Shown: positions 1 to 9,300 of the stretch, piece by piece | Layout of the letters: the number at the start of each line of letters is the position of its first letter | Position numbering within the stretch: position 1 is the stretch's first letter | Translations under genes and position numbers: made by a program | The notes under the pieces: model-generated | Database searches by the model: none | What the model was told of the DNA's origin: nothing | The model's input: only the letters and a program-made list of their open reading frames with translations | NCBI GenBank assembly: GCA_016208765.1 | Contig: JACQXK010000004.1 | Coordinates: 148,243 to 212,242 of the forward strand | Source: Candidatus Omnitrophota bacterium | GTDB taxonomy: Bacteria > Omnitrophota > Gorgyraeia > Gygaellales > Profunditerraquicolaceae | Length of the DNA stretch: 64,000 nt | Direction: 5' to 3'

Positions 1-330
1 ATACATGGCAAGCGTACGCAAAACCTTATGGCCGCATTTGTCATACCATGGTGGATTTGAAAAGATCCTATGAAATCTTTCATTAGGCCCCAAGCAATCA
101 TAAAGATCTCCGCAGCAGACCTTCACATTTTTAAATCCACTCAAGTTGGAAACAGCATCATCAAAAGCATCTCTATTAATATCAGTGGCAACAAAACGGA
201 CACCCTCAACGTTCTTACTGCTCATAGCTATAGCAGCAGTCAATATTCCGCTTCCTGTGCCAATCTCAAGCAAACGGCATCCAGTGTGAATATTTTGGCC
301 TATTACATCAACAGCCATATCTGCCAATTG
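1..330 (-). other. HemK/PrmC-type (NPPW motif IV) SAM methyltransferase domain, truncated by the window edge (LEIGTGSG ... DINRDA ... NPPWYDK)
   Basis: Motif I at about 235..260 and NPPW at about 25..45. Confidence 0.55.
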
Positions 331-3300
331 CGGCTCATTATTAGGGAAAGTCGTTTTGGTAGCACGTATTCTTAGCGGGCTTGAACTTAGAGTAGAAATA
401 TGAAACAATTCTATTCTTGCTCTCACAGCCGAAGAGGCGCTGTAGATAGAACCGTCATAATTATTTGTTAACCACATGGGAGAAACCGCCGAAGAAGCTG
501 AAAAGTTTCCCCAGTTATCAGATATAATAGCTATGTCCGGTAAGCAACAATGTTCAAGATAATGCATAAACGACGGAGTATTTATTCTCCAGAATATTTC
601 TTTTACCCTTGATGTACCCTTATAATTATCCAGAGGCATGCTTCTCTGAAGGCCGACTAACGGATTAACCAACATCTGTATTTTAAGATCAAAATATTTA
701 CGCCATTGCCTCACTAAAAGATAATTCCTTTCAATAATCACCACGCTCCTCTGGCGATTAATCGTTAATAATTGCGGTGGCAAAGTCAACTCTCCGCAGC
801 CATCTTCATCATAGAGATCCTTTAATTCATAAATTAATTCATTTTCCCTGCCTTTATTAAAATTCCTTATACTCCTTAGCAATCCTCGTAATACAATCTT
901 TCTTGAAGAAATTTTATTATCATTTACGCTAATTTCATTATGCGACAACTCGTGATCCTGCCAACGATGGCGTTGCATTCTTACACGTGTAAGCAAATCT
1001 CCGTGAATTAACACTACATTAATACCCTCTAACCCTAACGCATATTTAATTTTTTCTGCAGTTGCAGTCTCAAATACAGAATTACCATCTAAAGCCACAA
1101 CTAAGGCTTTATCAGGATTCAGCCTCATAGCAGAAAGAATTTTCTCTTTCAACATATGTATAGTAGAAATATTGTAACCATATCTATCCACCCGCTTATA
1201 TCTCATCTTTTCTAAGAATTGCCTGTACTTGTCATTAAAATATAGGCCCAGTCTTTCTAATTCATCTTTCGGTTGAGCCGGGATTCTGGAAATACCTTGC
1301 CAATCTTCATCCTGCCATACTGCCGATTCTCTTTCATTAAGCCTCTTTCCGATACAGTTATGAACAATTAAGTCGTAGTCTGGGGATATCTTATGCACTT
1401 GATAGAATTCTCTAATTCGCGGCTCGCCAAAACAAACATTCCCTCTCTGCTTAAGATTATAATACCGGGTTTTCTCATCTGCCCAGACATAAACCGTAAT
1501 ATCAAACTTGATACCCAATAAATCTTGCAGTAACAATATAAATATACTATCAATAACAATTACCCGGCGGCGATTCTGCAGCAATAGCGATTCAACATGA
1601 CGCTTGAATGACTCGGTAGTTAATTCATCAAAAAAAACCCAAAGAAATTCTTCTCCATACGGCCGAGCAAAGTCATCAACACGTAAATGTAGTGTTCCAT
1701 CTATTTTCATTAACTTTACAAGTTCCTTACAAAATTCGGATTTTCCAACGCCTGACTCTCCGTCAACAGCCACAAGAATCGGGCGGTAAAAATCTGTCTC
1801 AAGCATTTTATCTTCAATTAACTCTTTCAATAAAGAAACAGCCTGAGCAGGGAAAATTGTGGCTTTAGCATCTGGAAAGATAGGTGAGACTTCCATTCTT
1901 CCTTGCGTGGTCACTAATGCTGCCGAGGTGGCGCTGCGCTTACCCACTGTCCCGAACGAATCGGAAACAGTTTCCGAGTTGTTAGGGAAACTGGGACCTT
2001 TTAGCACCACCGATGATGCGCCGTTTTCGGAATTAAATTTTGAATTAAGTATTGTGTCCCCGGAATTGCCGACAGAAAAACTTGAAGGATTTTTTTGCGG
2101 ATTAAAAGGTATTAGAACGATTCCTTCCTCCGGCGGACCGGTTTCCAAAACCACTGAAGAAAATTGGCTTACTTTTAATATGGCCTGTTTTGCAGCAGCT
2201 TTTAATTTAAAAGGATAGTCGCCGCGCAATATCTCCCCTATTTCTCCCAACACCCACAATGGATCAGAATAACAATTTAAATCATAAAAAAGCCAGAAAA
2301 TCGGAACAGGATTGCATGAGCCTGAATCTTCATTCATTTCTGAGAAATAGATATATTTCAGAAGGCGCAATGATTCTGCATACTTGCTTCTCTTATCAAG
2401 TTGCATGCACAAATAACTATAGAGCTCAAAAGCGCAAAATGACAACTGATTCGTCACAAAATTCTTTCTTTTATTTTCTCTGGCCCACAAACAAAAGGCA
2501 AATTTCATACATCTTGAGAGGCCTTCATTCTCAGCCAATTTAGCATACCAAAATAAAGCCAAAATGAGCTCTTCAGGAGATGCTTCCTTAGCGCGCTTAC
2601 CATTTGAATCTTTAATTTTGGAATAACAATTATTAATTTTTGTTTGGCTGGAATATTTTGGATTTAAAATAAAGGACATAAAATCAATGAACCTGTTCGC
2701 TTTAACAGCAGCCTTCAGACGATGATACAAACTAAGAGAAAATTCAAGCGGCATACTTAATTGTTCTAAGCATTCTATCAGCAAACCAATTCCATCAATT
2801 TTGTCTTTCAGCGCAGAAGAACACATTTTCTCAGGATCAAAACCAGGCTCATTATTTCCCACTAAGTTTATTCTTTTTAAGAAAAATTTATGCATATAAG
2901 CAAAAAAGTTTCTTTTTCTATAAGCATCGTGCGCCTCGTAAGGAATACGAGAGAACTGATCTTTCCCATTAAAAGCTTCCGGATCGCGGCCGCTTTGTGA
3001 TAGAAAATATTCCGATTCTTCCAAACTATCTTCTTTAAGCTCAAATTTAGGCATACCCCATCTATTCAGGAATATATTCATTACCCCTCTTATCGTATGG
3101 CCATTTTTGTCCCAAAAAGGATGTAACTCCATAATAAAACGCCAATGAGCCTCGGAGATTAAATCAATTATCCCAAGTTTATCAGGATTATTATTTAACA
3201 AATCAAGGATACTTTTGACGCCCTCTGAAATTTCTTTTCCGGTAAAAATTGGGAAAGTCTTAACAATATCACCTTGGCAACCTTCATCTAAAACAATATC

Positions 3301-6300
3301 TCTAATCTTACAGGAAAGGCCACTCCGGTATTTTCCTGCCAGGTCTGATCTCAAATCATACTCTCTGAAATATAAACAATTTAGCAATATTACATCTTCT
3401 TCAGTAAGTGGCCTGTTCGCACAAACTAAATAATTAATTAATTCACAGGAAGTGGCAATTTCAGGGCCGTTTACTTCTTTCTCTATGGCAGAGCTGGAGT
3501 TATGATAAAAATGTCCACTGTTTTTCACCGACGAGTGAGCTCCACGTTTACCCACTGTCCCGATTGATTTGGAAACAGTTTCCAAGTTGTTCGGGAAACT
3601 GGGCTCTTTTAGCACCGCCGAGGATGTGCCCTCATCGGAATCAAGTATTGCGCTGCTGCCGGAATTCCCCTTCCTGCGTTCTTCCTTTCTCCTGGCAGTA
3701 GCAATAATAAATTCATTGACTGATGCACATATGCCTCCAACGCCTAAGCCGCTATCTTTGATTGTAGCTTCAGGATCCCTGTCTCCATTAGCTGCACCCC
3801 AATTATTTATACCTAACGCCAAAACTGGATTCCTTGTCTCCGGGAAAGAAGTAACGATGCCGCTAACAGTATCTGCCAGAATCTCCTTCTTGGCGTCATG
3901 TATTGTGATAATAGGAACACCGTCGATAATCAATCTCTTAAGATTTTCTTTTAATGATTCGTTATCTAATCTTGTAACATTAATAATCCGAGCCGTAATA
4001 TTTTGGCGCCTGAGCCACGATGTTGCCTCTAATACGTTCTTCATTATTGCGCCCGTTGCTATAATAATTACATCCGGATGTTCAATATCTTCCCCTTTTA
4101 TAACATAGGCCCCCTTGCTGGGCTGAGAGGAACAACCTCTGTCTAATAAGGGGATGCTTAATCTTGAGGTCCGGAAATATACCGGCCCCTGCCTGTTTAA
4201 TGCTAGCTTCACAAGTTGATAGGTCTCATTCTGGTCAGATGGCTCAAAGTATGCCAATCCTGGAATATATTTATATAAAGCAGGTTCGTAAGAAGATTGG
4301 TGGCTGCGCCCCCCCATAGCCGAAGTTACCCCTCCAACTGCCCCCCAAACAATTACAGGTAAATTATCCTGTGCAATAAATCTGATTTGCTCTGCCATAA
4401 GATTAACCATGGCCTCATAGACCACAATGACCGGCCTCTTTCCTGAATCAGCTAAGCCAGCGGAAATGTTGGCCATACATTGTTCACGAATCCCGATATC
4501 ATAATATCTCCCAGGAAACTCCTTTTTGAAGACATGAATCCCCAAAGAATGAGAACCGGTAAGATCAGAGGTCAATAAAATAATCCTCGTATCGCTATTG
4601 GCCAGTTGGATCAATGATTGAATAAAGGCCGAAGTATTATTTTCGGGAATCATTTTTTCAGAGCTGAAGAACATTGCCTCAGCCTCAACTGAATCTGTGG
4701 CATCTTCAGGCATCTTCCTTATTGGTTCTTTTGGCCGATCAGAATTACATTTATGAATAAGCTGCTCAAGAGTAAGCCTGGTTTGCTTTTCTAATAAATT
4801 TATCTTTGCAATCAATTCGGCTTCCCCTTGCCGGAATAATCGTGGACTGGGCTGGCCATGGTGCCAACGTGAATTACCCTTCAAAGAATCCTTCTCCATA
4901 TAGGATATACCCTTGCCCATGATGGTATTGGCTATGATAATGGTAGGCATCTTTGTTTGCTTTCTTGCCTGTCTCAAGGCTTTGCCTAACGCCGCAAAAT
5001 CATGTCCATCAGTTTCTATAACGCGCCAACCACTCATTCTCCAAAAAGCCGAATTACAGGTCCTTGTATTTTTGGATGTTGGGCCGCTCAGCTGCAGATT
5101 ATTTTTGTCCATAATGGCGATCAAATTCGACAGCCCCAAGAAAGGCGCGACAGCTGCCGCTTCGCTAATCTGCCCCTCTTCTGATTCTCCGTCTCCGAAA
5201 ATCACATACGTATGACGCGATCTTCCGTCAATTTTATCAGCAAGGGCCATTCCGATACCTCGGCCAAGCCCTTGCCCTAAGGATCCAGTAGAAGCCTCTA
5301 TGCCGGGAGTCAAATAAGCGCAAGGATGGGCATTTAATATAGAACCGTACTTGCGAAAGTTATTAAGCTCTCTGCGCTCAAAGAAACCAAATATAGAGAG
5401 TATTGAATACAGGGAGGCTGCAGCGTGGCCTTCGGATAAGATCAATCGATCGCGATTTTGCCAATCATCAATTATTAAATGCCCATCGAAATATAGAGAA
5501 ACTAAAATATCTGTAACACTATAGGTCGCGCCAAAATGGCCGGCGCCGGACATTCTTATCATATCAAAAGCATCTTTTCTTACCCATGCGGCGACCAATT
5601 CTAAATCCTTTTGAGTAAATAGAATTTTAGGGCCGTTTCCTTTTATCCTTATGGCAGAGCTGGAGTTATGATGGAAGCGTCCCTTGTCTTCTGCCGCCGA
5701 GGAGGTATCATTTCTTGAATTAAATATTGCATCACCGGAATTATCCGAGATTTTCTTTATCATTAAATCACGCAGCAGAGTTTCGCCACCCATATAAAAA
5801 GCAAGAGAATTATGACTTCTAAAATATGTATCAAGCTCTTCCATCTTGATAATTGTTTCTTCTCCAAACAACTCAATAAAAGCTGGCATATCGCCTCTCA
5901 TATAGATACTCAAGAACTCTTTTATCGTAATACCATAGTCTGACAATATTAATCTTATTATTCCCCCAATCAAACTTCCTGCCGGAGACGGAAATTCTGG
6001 CTTAAATCCGGTCTCAAAGCTCGAAAAAAGCATAAAAACTGTTTTTGAACGAGCAAGCTGTAAGCTAATTGCTTGGTTAGAGAACTCCATATAGGCAGTG
6101 ATAGCCAGCCATTCTACAACACCTTCATTAACCCAAGTAATACCGTTACCCTGAGCAATATAATGGAAGGCTTCATGGAGAATCATCATTATTTTTCTAT
6201 TTGTATTACAGGCCTGAAACTTATTTTCATTTAAAATTATCTTATGATAAAATGGCGTTAACATTCCATCCGCTGTAGGCATATGCTGTAAAATTCTACC

Positions 6301-9300
6301 AAATAATACATCCTTGGAGAAATCTTGAAAAGAAAAACCATATTTATCGCAAAAACTCCTAGAAATCTGAACAGCTATTTTAATCAATGCCTCTTCGTCT
6401 TTATTTGGCTTTCTTGAATACTCTATTTCTCTTAGGATGACCTCAAAGAGTCCTTTAAAAACCCGCAAAAGAACCTGTTCCTTGGTTTTGGCTTCCCAAT
6501 CTCTCCTAATTTCTAGAATCCTTGCTGTGCCGTAAATAAAACTTGCTGAAAGGGCAATCTCAGAACTAAGTACTGTTTTCTTAAACTTCCTAAAAACTTT
6601 ATTTACTGACTCAATATATTCTCTCGCGTATATTCTATTTGATTTACTGACCGCCGCCGAGGAAGCACCCTGCTTACCCACTGTCCCGATTGATTTGGAA
6701 ACAGTTTCCGAGCTGTTAGGGAAACTGGGCCCTTTCTCCTGCGCCAAAGAAGCATCTGTTGCTGGCGAGCTGGATTGATTTTTAGGCTTAAATATTATTC
6801 TTTGCGGCAAATAGTTCCCATCTCCTCTTCCGCTAAGAACAGCTATGTAAATTCTTGTTCCCACCTGTTCGAGATGAATTTCTTTTCTAGTAAATAAGAT
6901 TTCGGCGCAAGCTTGATTATAATTAAATTCGTAACTATCCCTTATCCCCTTAGCCTCAACAAAAAGAACGGCTGCATCAAACCAAATTAATAAATTGTAT
7001 AAATTCGCAAAACCACAACCCCGGCGAGGACGAGTTCGCTCAAAAAGGTCAGCCGGAAACACGATTCTCTTATCAATGCCCAAGCCGTTATCAACTGCTA
7101 AAAGCTCAAAAATATTCCCCTTATCACTATTTCTGCCTTGAACCATCCTGCAAAGAATAATCATATTTCTATCTGCGGGGATATATTCGGTATTCAAAGC
7201 TAATTCGTGAGCAACTTTGCCTGCTGCCTCCTCAAGAGAAGTTGGTTGCTTATAGGCTTCTCTTACAGTGTCTTCAGCCATAAATTTACATCTACCCGAG
7301 AGAGGACTAACCAAACCATCATCGTATTCAAATGTTTCACGCGGCTCATCAAAAGTAGAAACGAATTTATAATCTTTAAACGGAAACCTATTCACAAAAC
7401 CTTGTCTATCACCGGAATCAAGATATCGCATTAGAACAGCAAATAAATCATTAGATTCTGACAAACCTGGTTTAGATTTCTCCTCAACAACAGAAGAAAC
7501 TCCTGCCAACGATGAACTTGCGCTACTTCTTGGCCGAGTTAATGAAATGAACGCTAAACCGATGAGAACTGAATAAGATAATGGTTTCGGCATAAAAAAA
7601 TCAGCGCCTGCATCAAAAACATCTCTTCTGTATAAATCTGAATCAGAGCTCATAGCTATAATCGGGATAGTCAAGCCTATGTTTCTGGCCCGCCGAATCA
7701 ATACCGGGCCGGTCATGCCCGGCATACAGCAATCAGTAATCAGAATATCAAAACTTTTCTTTGAATCTAATAAGCGCGAGGCTTCCAAGCCATTTGACAC
7801 CATTACATATTCAATTAGAACTCCTTTACCCTTTTTTCTAACCCAGCTATTATAATGCTCAAAATGGCCCTTAATTGTCATTTGTAAATCATCATCATCT
7901 TCTGCCACCAGCACTCTTTTCTGGATAATTTCATCGGGAAGACGAATATTACAGCCTTTTTTATTATTCTCAGGCACTGGGGAAGAAACAGTTACTTCAA
8001 CAAAAGGATTAAATCCCAAATCGCTCCAAAGAAGAACCCTCTGTATCCATAATTCCTTTGCAGAAAAGGTTGAAGAATTTTGCCTGATATAAGCAATGCC
8101 ATGCTGCGGAGAGATCAAAAAATTATAGCTCCACAACCTGCTATAAGTTAAAACAGAAATATCTGATGCCTTGCTTATAAAACCATTGCCGCGGCCTGAA
8201 GCAATCTTTAAAATTTCCTCATATTCTTTAAGATAATCTGCCCTGCAGATTAGATACCCCCTGGCATTACGATAATCAAAATTATCCGGCAAGGTCTTGA
8301 GATAATAATTCCGAGTGCTGTAAACCGGCAGGTTATCGTGAATCAAAACAATCTTCTCGCCTTTAGTGGTCAAAACTACGATAATTAAAAATGTGCAGCC
8401 GTTAAAAAACTCCAGAGAATCATAGAGGAAATTTCCGGATATTAACGGTGAAATCCTCGTATGCCCCTTCACCCGGAATAAACGACGGCCCCCCAGCTTT
8501 CTTGAAGATTCCCTGCTGCTGATAAGTTTACCTGTAATGGCATTATAGCTATGCACTAAGCCGGGGAATTTTGATGCAGAAAGTCTGGCCCGCGGTAACC
8601 ATGGTTTCGTGTTTAAAATACTGTTATATTCTTCAATAATCCTTATAAAATCAGCTTTTTCTTCCAACGCCGATGAGGCAGGTAAAATATCCTGAGGGAT
8701 CCAATATTTCTTAATCTGCCCCAACAAATCTTTTTCCACAAGCTTATTTAATCTTTCAAGATTATCGGAAAAATGCTTAATCTGCTCTTCTATTGCCTCT
8801 TTTCTTAACCTAAACTCTTTGGTTTTCATAAGCAATGCTGCGGGCTGACCAAAAACATCTTTAAAAACATTCACAAAATCCATATCAAATGAGCAAGCGC
8901 CTTCTATTAAATAAACCAGTTGTAGTAATTCATTTCCGTAATCTATAATCAGGCCCTTTTCTTCTTCCCCAAATTCCTGCTTGCCTGCACAAACTAATAA
9001 TTGCTCAATTATTCTACGAGATGATCCAATAAAATTAAAAACAGCTGCCTGCTTTATTTGAGCGGATTCTTTATTGTCTTCTATCGGAGATGCTGAGCCT
9101 TTTGCAGGATGAACAGAAACATCCTTTTTTACAGGAGAAATCACGCTTTCTTTTGGAATCTGTAGTAAAAGAAACCGGCCATTTATTTTAAATGCCCTAA
9201 GGCCTAGCCTTAAAGAATATTTCTCAATCTGTCCGCCAAGAAAACGCATCGCAGCCTCAGTACAAAACATACCACCATCTCTAAAACCAGAATTATTAAC

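Noticed and set aside
3569-4108. Plus-strand ORFs of 60-179 aa throughout the window (e.g. 3569..4108, 59221..59727, 40553..40912, 1859..2218)
   Set aside because: All lie antisense to the continuous minus-strand coding frame. Several are simply the reverse translation of the GC-richer linker cassettes or repeats. They have no recognisable motifs and no start context, so they are shadow ORFs.
9205-9265. Apparent stop codon (TAA) near 9210 that seemed to end a separate 2 kb ORF and start a third gene
   Set aside because: Re-deriving the reverse complement base by base showed I had dropped one T (GCGTTTTCTTGG). With the correct sequence the frame (plus coordinates congruent to 1 mod 3) reads ...EAAMRFLGGQIEKYSLRLGLRAFKINGRF... 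with no stop. The TAA and TAG lie in another frame.
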